64,000 nucleotides of DNA from contig CAZWXQ010000001.1 in assembly GCA_964637955.1 (NCBI GenBank), forward strand, positions 223,447-287,446. The letters run 5' to 3'. The notes under the pieces are model-generated. The model was not told where the DNA came from, did no database searches, and was given only the letters and a program-made list of their open reading frames with translations. This document shows positions 1 to 8,886 of the stretch, in pieces. Position numbers and translations under genes: made by a program. Origin of the DNA: an uncultured Gammaproteobacteria bacterium (GTDB lineage: Bacteria > Patescibacteriota > Microgenomatia > Levybacterales > UBA12049). The first letter of the stretch is position 1; each line of letters opens with the position of its first letter.

Positions 1-222
1 GAAGCATTCTTGGAAAAGACTTTACATCCCGATAATCATGGAAGGGCGGGATTTACACAGACACTTTCAGACATTAATTGGAAAAGAATAGCCCAGCTTC
101 TTAGAAGGGGTAAAATATCACCTGAATTAATAACTATAGAAAGAGATTTTATTGTAAAACCAATATCGCTTCATCCAACTCCAGATAAGAAAGCACCGGA
201 TGTCGACGTTCAGTCTTCTTAA
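1..222 (+). CDS. C-terminal fragment of an unidentified protein running in from upstream of the window
   Basis: Frame is open back to position 1 (no stop before the Met at 10). No recognisable motif. Confidence 0.3.
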   Translation, partial: EAFLEKTLHPDNHGRAGFTQTLSDINWKRIAQLLRRGKISPELITIERDFIVKPISLHPTPDKKAPDVDVQSS

Positions 223-259
223 GTTGGCTAAATAACCTAAGTGTTATAATTTCTCCAGG

Positions 260-565
260 ATGGATGATTTTGTGATCAATTTTAAATCTAGTTTGTGGGT
301 TTGGGATGGCCCAAATCCTTGGTATTTTATAACAGTTCCTGAAAAAGAATCAAAGATTATAAGGGAAAGATTTAGGCATGTTCATAGGGGGTGGGGTTCT
401 GTTCCTGTGACAGTTCAGATAGGTGACAGTACATGGAAAACATCTATATTTTGGGAAAAAGCAGGAACATACATGCTTCCAATTAAAAAAGAAATCAGAA
501 TTAACGAAGATATTAAAGTTGAGCAGAAAATAAAAGTCGCTTTAGAGTTTGAGGAATTGCTTTAA
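260..565 (+). CDS. DUF1905-family small protein
   Basis: 101 aa. Motif pattern (GWGSVPVTVQIGDSTWKTSIF...GTYMLPIKKEIR) matches the DUF1905 fold that is often fused to YdeI/OmdA domains. TATAAT lies 9 nt before the ATG. Confidence 0.55.
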   Translation: MDDFVINFKSSLWVWDGPNPWYFITVPEKESKIIRERFRHVHRGWGSVPVTVQIGDSTWKTSIFWEKAGTYMLPIKKEIRINEDIKVEQKIKVALEFEELL

Positions 566-566
566 A

Positions 567-944
567 TTACTGAGCTGGGGTAGAAGGTGCAGCAGGTTTT
601 GAAGACATCTGTTTTTTTCCACCATATGCGCTACCACCGTATGAAGAAATATCACAGAAAAGTCCAATTCCTATCCAAAGCCAATCCCATCCTGTAATTC
701 CACCTGCAAAACTTGCAACATACATAAGCGTAGTCCATGGGAGAAATGCTACTCCTAATAACCCAAATATTACATTTGGGAAAGCTAGGTTATATCTTGC
801 AGGTTGAAGAAGCCACCAAAATACATTTCCAACTCTTGGGCCACCGATTAATAAAAGTAGAAATCCTAAAAAGAACATAAATAGCAGTATAGCAGTTATA
901 GGCAAATTGTAAAGGCACAAAAAATTATGCCCCCGGAGGGGCAT
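567..944 (-). CDS. small polytopic membrane protein; true start probably at an internal Met
   Basis: Three or four hydrophobic helices. The annotated N-terminus overlaps a perfect 13-bp palindrome (921-950), so the real start is probably the internal Met (MFFLGF...). Confidence 0.4.
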   Translation of the reverse strand: MPLRGHNFLCLYNLPITAILLFMFFLGFLLLLIGGPRVGNVFWWLLQPARYNLAFPNVIFGLLGVAFLPWTTLMYVASFAGGITGWDWLWIGIGLFCDISSYGGSAYGGKKQMSSKPAAPSTPAQ

Positions 945-950
945 AATTTT
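921..950. repeat. perfect 13-bp inverted repeat AAAATTATGCCCC-cgga-GGGGCATAATTTT
   Basis: GC-cored hairpin flanked by A- and T-tracts (bidirectional terminator-like). Overlaps the annotated start of the minus-strand ORF 567-944. Confidence 0.6.
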
Positions 951-1087
951 GTATCATCCTGTGATAACTAATACGCTCTATATTAGGAGTTTATTTAAAA
1001 GCAAACACTAAATGTGTAGTAGTTTGTAAGAATATGTGCAGAATATATCTAATTGCTAACTGATTAGATTGGTACTAGAATCAATTT

Positions 1088-1858
1088 ATGAGCGAAGCAG
1101 ATCCCGGTCAAAAATCTGCTCAGATTTCAGGATCTTTTGATTTATCTAAGCCAGAATTAACACCTCGCCAATTCCAAGCTTTTGATTTTGCGCGAAGTGG
1201 TTGCACTGTCCAGAGCTCAGCTGTTGAACTAGGTGTTGGAGATAGAACTATTGAATATCATCGCTTAGAAGCATTGAAAAGGTTGGGTTTAAATAGCGCA
1301 GCAGATTCAATGGTGGGTTTTGAAAATATATCCGTTGAAATTAGAGAGCCAGATTCTTCATCTCTTGAACCTGTTCCAGTAATAATTCCGATTTATGATA
1401 GTTCATCTTCCTCCTTATCTCCACGACAAAAAGATGTAATAAGTTTAGCTGGAAGCGGGTTATCAAATTCACAAATCGCAGAAAGATTAGGAATTTCTCA
1501 ACACACAGTTGTCCAGCACAGGAGAAGAGCTAGAAGTAAATTGGGTGCAGGAACTATAATGGATGCAGTTTTTATAGCTGTAAGTAAAAGAGAAATTGAT
1601 CCGGAAGATATTGTGCCAGCTGGATTTGATCCAGCCAGATTTAGAAGTTTAAGTCCAAGGCAAAGAGAAGTGTATTGTGCAATAGTTTCAGAAAATGGGT
1701 ATATCCCATATAAAGAGTTAGCTAGAAGATTTGGAATAAAAGAACAGACTTTTAAAAATATAGCAGGTAGGCTATTTAAAAAGTTGGGATTACATGGAAG
1801 AAACCAAGCAGAGGCAGTAAACATTAAAGAAAACCAAGCAGTTATTTTATCGAGCTAG
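1088..1858 (+). CDS. LuxR/GerE-family transcription regulator with three tandem HTH modules
   Basis: Three repeats of L(T/S)PRQ...G.S...IA..LGIS..TV..H...KLG (residues ~25-68, ~110-153, ~188-235). No receiver or ligand domain is visible. Confidence 0.6.
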   Translation: MSEADPGQKSAQISGSFDLSKPELTPRQFQAFDFARSGCTVQSSAVELGVGDRTIEYHRLEALKRLGLNSAADSMVGFENISVEIREPDSSSLEPVPVIIPIYDSSSSSLSPRQKDVISLAGSGLSNSQIAERLGISQHTVVQHRRRARSKLGAGTIMDAVFIAVSKREIDPEDIVPAGFDPARFRSLSPRQREVYCAIVSENGYIPYKELARRFGIKEQTFKNIAGRLFKKLGLHGRNQAEAVNIKENQAVILSS

Positions 1859-2725
1859 TTTAATTTTGCCTGATTTTATGCAGTTCTCGCAGATAATTCC
1901 ATAAACATCATCTTTGCCTTTCCAATAATTCACGAGATTTTCTGAAGTTGCTTCACAGATTCTACATTTGCCGACTACTTTATGATTTTCATCATCAAGA
2001 TTAAATCCCATTGTTTCGCGCCCATCAAAAACTAAGAGTTTGCCTTCGAAATATGTATTGGGATACTTTTCCATAAAAGTCACAATTCCATTTTCGAGTT
2101 GGTAAACATCTTTAAATCCATATTTGATTAATAATCCCGAAGCTGTTTCGCATCTTACGCCGCCGGTGCAGACTGTTACTACGGTTTTATCTTTTAAATT
2201 TGAAATTGATTCAATAGCTTGTGGTACATCGCGGAAATGCCCGAGTCCAGCTGGCCAAATGGAATTTTTAAATCTTCCCACCTCAAATTCATAATCATTT
2301 CGCATGTCTACTACATAAAATTCTCGTCCATTTTCGTACCACTCTTTCAGTTTTTCAGCAGGTAAATGTTTTCCGGTTATAGCGCCACCTTTATTTCCAT
2401 TGACTAACGGACCGAAGTCTTTATTTGGGATTCCTGTGGTTACAATTTCAGGTCTAACTTTTACAGAAAGTTTTCTAAATGCTTTTCCTGTTCCTTCAGA
2501 CTTTTTCCAATTTATTCCTTGGAGTTTGAAATTCTTCTCAGTTAGTTCTATATATTTGTTTGTATTTTCCACGGTTCCTTCAAGCGTTCCGTTTATTCCT
2601 TCCTCAGCAATAATTATTCGTCCCTTTAATCCAAGAGCTTCACAATATGCGCGGTGAATAGTCATGAGTTCCTGCGGTTTCTTAATTTTTACGTACTTAT
2701 AATAAAGTAAAATCTGATATTTCAT
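1847..2725 (-). CDS. trhO: rhodanese-domain tRNA U34 hydroxylase TrhO (UPF0176/YceA family)
   Basis: 292 aa. N-terminal 'YYKY' region, a rhodanese domain with active-site CTGGVRCE, and a C-terminal Cys-rich tail (CRICE...CENC) typical of YceA/TrhO. Confidence 0.8.
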   Translation of the reverse strand: MKYQILLYYKYVKIKKPQELMTIHRAYCEALGLKGRIIIAEEGINGTLEGTVENTNKYIELTEKNFKLQGINWKKSEGTGKAFRKLSVKVRPEIVTTGIPNKDFGPLVNGNKGGAITGKHLPAEKLKEWYENGREFYVVDMRNDYEFEVGRFKNSIWPAGLGHFRDVPQAIESISNLKDKTVVTVCTGGVRCETASGLLIKYGFKDVYQLENGIVTFMEKYPNTYFEGKLLVFDGRETMGFNLDDENHKVVGKCRICEATSENLVNYWKGKDDVYGIICENCIKSGKIKLAR

Positions 2726-2733
2726 GGTTTATA

Positions 2734-3447
2734 TTATAGCCCAGGTTTAGGGTCAATGGAAAGTTCTTGAGTCTCTGTTGCTTGGGGAATCTCAGATTCA
2801 ACCTGAGTAGGCAAGGTATCAACAGGTTTTGCGGTAGTTTCTTTAAAGAATAAAGTTTTCTTTGTAAATGGCCTTTTGCCAGAAGATTCAATTTCAGATT
2901 CTGGAAATCCAAGTAAATTCCAGGTTTCTTCAATTCCTTCAAAGGTAAAATCTCTTGTAGTATTTTCATCTATTCTAAAATGCATTAAGCCATCATCTCC
3001 TCCATATCTTAGCCATAAGCTAAGAGCTTTTAGAAACCACTGATTTATAAGTGCATTCGTAGCATTTGTGGGGAACATTTTAGAAGTCTGAGCTACAAAT
3101 CTTGCTGTATTTGCAGCAAGATTAATAGTAGTTTTAGTATCTGTTTCCATCGTATTTGTATCCAGGTTGAATCTATTTGGATATGGAATCAGGGCAGCAT
3201 CTTTTACCGTTACCGTTAATTCTTCTCCACCAATAGGCTGAACCAGGACTCCTCTGTCAGCAAGAATCCCTGTTTTAATAACTGCTATAGCGGTATCGAC
3301 TGGATCTTTCTTTTCTCCAATTAAATTATCATACACGCTGGATGGCATTTCTAATTTTTGGTCTCCAAGAACTAAAATTTGATCGCGATCTCTATAAAAT
3401 CCTGCATTTATTAATCCATCTGATGGTTGTGGGTTTTCTACGCTCAT
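2734..3447 (-). CDS. hypothetical protein
   Basis: 237 aa ORF co-oriented with and 66 bp downstream of ORF 3514-4125. No recognisable motif. Confidence 0.4.
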   Translation of the reverse strand: MSVENPQPSDGLINAGFYRDRDQILVLGDQKLEMPSSVYDNLIGEKKDPVDTAIAVIKTGILADRGVLVQPIGGEELTVTVKDAALIPYPNRFNLDTNTMETDTKTTINLAANTARFVAQTSKMFPTNATNALINQWFLKALSLWLRYGGDDGLMHFRIDENTTRDFTFEGIEETWNLLGFPESEIESSGKRPFTKKTLFFKETTAKPVDTLPTQVESEIPQATETQELSIDPKPGL

Positions 3448-3513
3448 AAGGAGGGAATTATAGCATAAAAGGTTGATATTTAATTATAAACAAGGGGTTT
3501 AGAGTGCCTTTAA

Positions 3514-4125
3514 TTATTTTGAAGAGTTTGCCATTTGGTATTCGTAACTTGAGACTCTGTTACCGATATCATAAAGTCTTTTTCTTTGATTATAGTCTAA
3601 GTCACCTTCATGTATACCAGCAAGTCTGATTAATACTTGAGCTCTTCTTAATGCTTCGTTTTCTCTAGTAGTTAATTGGTGGTCTTCTCTTTTTTCACCA
3701 TGTCTTAATATGAGTTCAATTCTAGTTGAAATTGATTGAATATCTCCACCGAGTGATGCCATAAGTTCTACTGGAGTTTGAATTGGAGAAGATCCATCGA
3801 GTGGCGTATAGATTGGTTCGCCATTTTGGAATTGCGCTTCTGCTATTAACTCCATAGATTCTTGTACTTGTGATCTACCTAGTCTAACGCCTCTGCCATG
3901 CTCCTTTACTCTATCAAATTGTATTAATGCTTCTGCACTTTGTTGATTTCTTCTAAGATTTTTGTGATCTTGAATAACATTTCTTGCTCCCAATACTCCA
4001 AATACTGCTGCGCTAAGTAATCTTCCTTGAACAAGATCGGCGCCAGCAATACCAAATAATGCTGCATTAAAAGCATCGCTGCTGTAGTTTGCGACAATAT
4101 TTCCTGTTGTTTCTTTAAGTCCCAT
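3514..4125 (-). CDS. hypothetical protein
   Basis: 203 aa ORF, probable operon partner of 2734-3447. No recognisable motif. Confidence 0.4.
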   Translation of the reverse strand: MGLKETTGNIVANYSSDAFNAALFGIAGADLVQGRLLSAAVFGVLGARNVIQDHKNLRRNQQSAEALIQFDRVKEHGRGVRLGRSQVQESMELIAEAQFQNGEPIYTPLDGSSPIQTPVELMASLGGDIQSISTRIELILRHGEKREDHQLTTRENEALRRAQVLIRLAGIHEGDLDYNQRKRLYDIGNRVSSYEYQMANSSK

Positions 4126-4172
4126 AGGCGCATATTATACAATATGTTTGCAAATATTATTTAAATTTAATT

Positions 4173-4676
4173 ATGGGTAAAAAAGTAATTGTGAGTGACA
4201 AAATGCAGGATGGATATATATATGAGCTTACTGAGCCGATGGGAAAAAACTTCGACCCAGAATTTAAACCAGAACTTACTCCTAAGGAAATGTTGAAATT
4301 AGGTGTCTTTGGAGGACGGTATATGACTGATTGTAAAGATGAGTTTCCGAGTGACTGGTTTATGGAAGCCAAGCTAGATCCACATGGTCCTGATAAAAAT
4401 TTGAATTTTTTTAAGGTTAATGCGTCTCAGCCACTCGACGTTTGGATTAAAAATGGATGGGTAAGAGCCCAGGATCCTAGGGGTTGGTTTCAGTGGTATT
4501 GCCGTTATTATATGGGTAGGCGATGCGCAGATGATCCGAGGCAAATATCAAGGTGGAAGGCGATAAAACGTCATATTTCTCAAGTAAAAAGAAATTGTCA
4601 TAAAGGTGACCTTTCTTGTAGACCTCGTCAACGCCAAGCGATTCTCCATTGGGCATATGACTCCCGAAAGATTTGA
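4173..4676 (+). CDS. conserved hypothetical Trp/Arg-rich protein
   Basis: 167 aa with many aromatic/basic residues (GWFQWYCRYYMGRR, KRHISQVKRNCHK). Possibly nucleic-acid binding. Family not recognised. Confidence 0.4.
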   Translation: MGKKVIVSDKMQDGYIYELTEPMGKNFDPEFKPELTPKEMLKLGVFGGRYMTDCKDEFPSDWFMEAKLDPHGPDKNLNFFKVNASQPLDVWIKNGWVRAQDPRGWFQWYCRYYMGRRCADDPRQISRWKAIKRHISQVKRNCHKGDLSCRPRQRQAILHWAYDSRKI

Positions 4677-4828
4677 CACGTTCGATGACAAGTTCCCTGA
4701 TTAAATCAGTGTTAATTTGCGATGGAACTTGTCTCTTTTGTGTCTGCACGTTATTGTAAGAATATAAGCTCAAATTTTTGGTAAGCGTGCTTGACAATTG
4801 ATTCGTATTTTCCCAATACTATATATTA

Positions 4829-5497
4829 ATGCCTCTATCAAAACGTAAAAGAAAAAAACAGGCTGATTTTGCCAAAAACGCGATATTACTACTTTCTGGA
4901 ATGGTAATAGGAATTCTCATAATTCTATTAATCTATCCAAATAAAGAAATTGTTTCGTCCGAGTTTAAAGAAGGTGGAAATGAAATAAATAATACTTTTT
5001 CTTCGGGCGATTCTAGAATAGATGATTATTTTGCTTTTAAAATAATAGCGCCAAAAGAATATTTGGCAACTACAGATCAAATGCTTTCAAGTTACCTGAC
5101 CCAAGGAGGAATGGCGCCGCCGCGTCTAGTATTAAATAAAAATCATCAAATCATGGGAACAGATAATGGTGATTTTATAGGTAAGGTTTGGAGCTACAAT
5201 GCGAATGATTGCATAAGTATTTGGACAACTGGTGGATTGTCGTCAATTGAGCAGTGGCTTGATTTACCAAGTCTTGAGATAGGTGAGCTTTCAGGAAAAG
5301 AGACTATCAAATCCGGGACAAGAAATGTTGATTTGTATAATTTGAAGCTTAAAAACGGGAATATATTTGTAGCATTTATGCCAATAAAAAATAATTTTTC
5401 TACCTCTTATTTTTTCAGAACGTGTAATCAGAATAATAAAGAGGACCTAGTAAATGTAATTAAATCTCTCAAGCTTCGAATCGACGGCGGAATCTGA
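4829..5497 (+). CDS. N-terminally membrane-anchored hypothetical protein
   Basis: A basic N-terminus is followed by one TM helix (ILLLSGMVIGILIILLI), then a soluble domain. Confidence 0.4.
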   Translation: MPLSKRKRKKQADFAKNAILLLSGMVIGILIILLIYPNKEIVSSEFKEGGNEINNTFSSGDSRIDDYFAFKIIAPKEYLATTDQMLSSYLTQGGMAPPRLVLNKNHQIMGTDNGDFIGKVWSYNANDCISIWTTGGLSSIEQWLDLPSLEIGELSGKETIKSGTRNVDLYNLKLKNGNIFVAFMPIKNNFSTSYFFRTCNQNNKEDLVNVIKSLKLRIDGGI

Positions 5498-5520
5498 GCC
5501 TCAAATGCTATAATTGCATC

Positions 5521-6039
5521 ATGAATAATATAAATATTTCCGAAGCAGCTCCTGAAGACGCAGTGGGAATTCAAAAAGTTCAAAGAGAAACATGGATGTG
5601 TACTTATCCAAATGAAAAGCTCGGTATAACCCCAAAAGATATTGAAGAAAAATTGGATGAAATGCAGATTGGAGGAATTGAGCGCATGATTGGCTATATT
5701 AATGATAAAAACTCAAGAATATTTGTTGCAAAAGACAAGGACACCGTTGTGGCTTATATTGGCGCATATAAATCAAAAGAAGAGAATAAGCTTGCGGCAT
5801 TGTATGTATTAAGTAGCTATCACAATCAAGGGATTGGGACAAGACTCATGGAAAAAGTTTTAGATTTTCTAGGGGAAGACAAAAAAATAACTCTTGATGT
5901 TACTTCATATAATACGCAAGCAATTGAATTTTATAAGAAATTTGGATTTATAGAAATCGGACCAACGCATTCGAAATATTCTGTTCTACCAAGCGGAAAA
6001 GAGTTGCCAGATATAGGAATGGTAAGATTAGCAGCATGA
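5521..6039 (+). CDS. GNAT-family N-acetyltransferase
   Basis: Acetyl-CoA binding motif region (ALYVLSSYHNQGIGTRLMEKVLDFL...AIEFYKKFGF). TATAAT lies 6 nt before the ATG. Confidence 0.75.
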   Translation: MNNINISEAAPEDAVGIQKVQRETWMCTYPNEKLGITPKDIEEKLDEMQIGGIERMIGYINDKNSRIFVAKDKDTVVAYIGAYKSKEENKLAALYVLSSYHNQGIGTRLMEKVLDFLGEDKKITLDVTSYNTQAIEFYKKFGFIEIGPTHSKYSVLPSGKELPDIGMVRLAA

Positions 6040-6293
6040 CTATTGAAGAAAGATTAGAACAAATTGAGTCCAGAAACTCTAAAGTTGAGATGGATAAAGC
6101 TTGGGAAGGAAGCTGGACTAGAAAAATATTGATCGCAATCTTCACTTATTTGGCGATCGCGCTTTATTTGAAGTATATCGTGGAAATTGATCCGTGGATA
6201 AATGCGATTGTTCCTGCTGTGGGTTTTCTATTATCCACTTTAACTTTACCTTACTTTAAGCAGTTCTGGTCAACTTATATTTATAAAAAGTGA
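6036..6293 (+). CDS. small membrane protein
   Basis: 85 aa with two hydrophobic helices. Overlaps neighbouring genes by 4 nt on each side (operon-like). Confidence 0.35.
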   Translation: MTIEERLEQIESRNSKVEMDKAWEGSWTRKILIAIFTYLAIALYLKYIVEIDPWINAIVPAVGFLLSTLTLPYFKQFWSTYIYKK

Positions 6294-6811
6294 ATATGAG
6301 TAAATACGTTTTTAAGCCTTACGAAAGATTTTTCCCCGAACTATTTGAGGTCGAAAAAATGAGGCTGTCTAGATATTTGACAGGAGAATATGAAATTCAT
6401 CATGTAGGAAGCACTGCTGTTCCAGGTCTCGGAGGAAAAGGAATAATAGACATTTATACAGTAGCGGATAGGCAGGATTTGGTAAGAATTTCAGATGAAG
6501 TTATAAAAGCTGGATACATGTACAGGCCAAGAGTGAGTGCTGACCAGCATGTATTTCATGTAATTGATTTGCCAGATCCCGTTGAGGGGATTCGTCGCTA
6601 TCACATGCACTTAAGTCATCCCCTAGCTCCAGATTTTACTGCGGCTATAAAATTCAGGGATTATTTAAGAACGCATCCGCAGGACCTACAAAAATATGCA
6701 GATATTAAAATGAGAGCTGCCGAGGAAGCAAATGAAAACAAAGAAGTTTACATGGGCATAAAATCACCGGTTATGGAAGAAATAATTGAAAAAGCTATGA
6801 AAGAAAATTAG
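6290..6811 (+). CDS. GrpB-family nucleotidyltransferase-fold protein (UPF0157)
   Basis: HHVGSTAVPGLGGKGIIDI motif characteristic of the GrpB family (dephospho-CoA kinase-associated). Confidence 0.75.
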   Translation: MNMSKYVFKPYERFFPELFEVEKMRLSRYLTGEYEIHHVGSTAVPGLGGKGIIDIYTVADRQDLVRISDEVIKAGYMYRPRVSADQHVFHVIDLPDPVEGIRRYHMHLSHPLAPDFTAAIKFRDYLRTHPQDLQKYADIKMRAAEEANENKEVYMGIKSPVMEEIIEKAMKEN

Positions 6812-6851
6812 CGTATTGAAAAAATGAGATTTTTAGAGTAAAACTAGTTTT

Positions 6852-7292
6852 ATGGACGAAGTACAATCATCAGAAGCGCCCAAGAAATCTAAAGATAAAA
6901 ATAAGTTACTGATGATAGTTGGAGTCATAATATTGTTAGTTATTCTTGGCGGAGGATTTTTCTTGTTTAAGAATTATTCTAATTCTTCTAAATCCGGATC
7001 TGAAGAAAGAGCAATTCCCACAAGCGTAACTGTTGGTAAAATAGAAAAAAATTATACTTGTAGTGATGACAAAACCATCGTTGCGATATTTAATAATGAT
7101 ACAGATATGAGCGCAGACATAGCGCTTTCGGATGGGAGTACGATGAATTTGCCGCATGTTGAGGCCGCAAGTGGAGCGAAATATGCAAATGAAGATGAAA
7201 GCGTCATATTCTGGACTCAAGGAAATGAAGCTTTTCTTGAGCAAGATGGTAAAGAGACATATTCTGATTGTGTAATTAAACCCTCAACCTAA
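6852..7292 (+). CDS. MliC-like (membrane-bound lysozyme inhibitor of C-type lysozyme) protein, TM-anchored
   Basis: N-terminal TM helix. Core matches the MliC pattern: Y.C.D.K...A.F.....A...LSDG....LP...ASGAKY......FW.QG.EA.L....G.....C. Confidence 0.6.
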   Translation: MDEVQSSEAPKKSKDKNKLLMIVGVIILLVILGGGFFLFKNYSNSSKSGSEERAIPTSVTVGKIEKNYTCSDDKTIVAIFNNDTDMSADIALSDGSTMNLPHVEAASGAKYANEDESVIFWTQGNEAFLEQDGKETYSDCVIKPST

Positions 7293-7320
7293 ATTTATTT
7301 ACCTGCTATAATTTCCTCAA

Positions 7321-7767
7321 ATGAAAAAAGGTGTTGATTACATTGGTGTTGGCGTAGGTGCTGCTTTATTTAAAGATGGAAAAGTTTTCTTGGCTCATCG
7401 TGGTCCAAAAGCCAAAAATGAAAGAAACACATGGGAGATTCCAGGAGGTGGTGTGGAGTTTGGTGAGACATTTGAGAATGCATTGAAGCGTGAAATTAAA
7501 GAAGAGATTGGGGTTGAGATTGAGATAGTAGAGCTTCTTGGAATTTGTGATCATATTATTCCAGATGAAAAGCAACATTGGGTTTCACCTACTTATATTT
7601 GCAAAATAATTAAAGGAGAGCCGAAGATTCTTGAGCCTGAGAAATGTGATCAAATAGGTTGGTTTACTCTAAAAGAAACAGAAAACATGTCTATTTCACT
7701 TGTTACACAGCATGATATTAGAATATTGAAAGAAAAATTCCCAAAAGGTTTGCCTACAGATTTATAG
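7321..7767 (+). CDS. NUDIX hydrolase
   Basis: Nudix box GGGVEFGETFENALKREIKEEIGVEI. TATAAT lies 8 nt before the ATG. Confidence 0.8.
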   Translation: MKKGVDYIGVGVGAALFKDGKVFLAHRGPKAKNERNTWEIPGGGVEFGETFENALKREIKEEIGVEIEIVELLGICDHIIPDEKQHWVSPTYICKIIKGEPKILEPEKCDQIGWFTLKETENMSISLVTQHDIRILKEKFPKGLPTDL

Positions 7768-7785
7768 TGTTATAATCTTCAGGCT

Positions 7786-8139
7786 ATGGAAGACGCTGAG
7801 TTCGAGAAATTATTAATCGAAGCCTTGGATTCACTTCCTCCGCAGTTTGCAAAAAGAATGGAAAATGTTTCAGTTACTTTTGCAGATGAGCCCACTATTT
7901 ATCAACTCAGAAAAATGAAGCTTCCACCATGGGCTTTGATGTTTGGGCTTTATGAGGGTGTTCCGTTGACAAGGAGAAGTGGGAATTATTCAGGTTTTTT
8001 GCCAGATAAGATTACTATTTTTAAAAATGCAATTCTGCGCGTAGCTGATACTCCTGAAAAAATTAAAGCGCAAGTTCGCTCTACAGTTATACACGAGATT
8101 GGTCATCATTTCGGTTTAACTGATGAACAGATGAAATAA
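7786..8139 (+). CDS. small zincin-like metallopeptidase-family protein (PF06262/DUF1025-like)
   Basis: 117 aa with C-terminal HEIGHHFGL (HExxH). Its last 42 bp are duplicated at 8887-8928. Confidence 0.7.
   Translation: MEDAEFEKLLIEALDSLPPQFAKRMENVSVTFADEPTIYQLRKMKLPPWALMFGLYEGVPLTRRSGNYSGFLPDKITIFKNAILRVADTPEKIKAQVRSTVIHEIGHHFGLTDEQMK
8098..8139 (+). repeat. direct repeat, copy 1: native 3' end of the zincin peptidase gene
   Basis: 42 bp. 39/42 nt match 8887-8928 and all three mismatches are synonymous in the zincin reading frame. Confidence 0.85.
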
Positions 8140-8185
8140 GTCCTATAGTTTATTTTCGCCTCAAAATCTGATATAATCTCCTGTT

Positions 8186-8878
8186 ATGTCACCTGATTTT
8201 AGAGAAGCAAAGCTTCCGACAGTTACACTTGAGAGGGCATTGATTGAAACATCAAGTAGTCCAAAAAAGATTTATCGTGGATTAAGTGCAATCGATGTAG
8301 CAAATTTTCAACCTGACATAGATGAAGTTATCAATTACTCATTAATTCATCCTAGTAGACATGAAGCAGCAAAACTAATTTATCTAGATCCTGAAGGAAG
8401 AATCTCATTTTCCAAGTTAATTGAAGGAGGAGAAAATTTTGTAGATACACCAGATCCTGATTTGCGGAGATCAATACTTCTGGGAAGAAGAACAATTGCA
8501 AGAGTGCACAGTCATCCTTTGGGTACAGATTTTAGCTTGAGTGATCTAGCTAGTTTATTGACTAAACCATCATTGCCTGCATCAAATACTGCGAAGTTAT
8601 TAGTAACGCCAGATAGAATATCAATCGCATTTCGAGGTGAAAATACTCCAGGGTTTAGTTTTTATGAAGCGAAGAGATTAGCAGAGAGATTAGATTTATT
8701 ATTAGAAAGATTGATTCAGGAATATAGGACTCCTGAGATAACACAAGAAGAATTTGTTCGACTTGTTTTGGGAATTCACAGATCAGCAATTGAGTCAATG
8801 ATTAGTCAATTCGATATCCAAATTTTTGAAGGCTATAGAAGTGAAAGACTTTTACAAAGAGTTCGTGCAAAAGCATAA
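8186..8878 (+). CDS. hypothetical protein with a JAMM/MPN-like H-x-H...S..D motif; sits inside a repeat-bounded insertion
   Basis: 230 aa. VHSHPLGTDFSLSD resembles the JAMM metal-binding motif (spacing off by one), with Glu upstream. TATAATCTCCTGTT precedes the ATG (leaderless design). Confidence 0.4.
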   Translation: MSPDFREAKLPTVTLERALIETSSSPKKIYRGLSAIDVANFQPDIDEVINYSLIHPSRHEAAKLIYLDPEGRISFSKLIEGGENFVDTPDPDLRRSILLGRRTIARVHSHPLGTDFSLSDLASLLTKPSLPASNTAKLLVTPDRISIAFRGENTPGFSFYEAKRLAERLDLLLERLIQEYRTPEITQEEFVRLVLGIHRSAIESMISQFDIQIFEGYRSERLLQRVRAKA

Positions 8879-8886
8879 AAGAACAA

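Noticed and set aside
1498-1824. 108-aa antisense ORF inside the LuxR-type gene
   Set aside because: It lies entirely within a better-supported gene on the opposite strand and has no motifs.
3924-4142. 72-aa minus-strand ORF
   Set aside because: It overlaps the 5' end of the longer ORF 3514-4125 on the same strand in another frame, and is likely spurious.
5460-5497. GCTTCGAATCGACGG resembling a tRNA T-arm
   Set aside because: It lies inside a CDS and no acceptor/D/anticodon arm pairing could be built. No tRNA, rRNA or CRISPR repeat array was found anywhere in the window.
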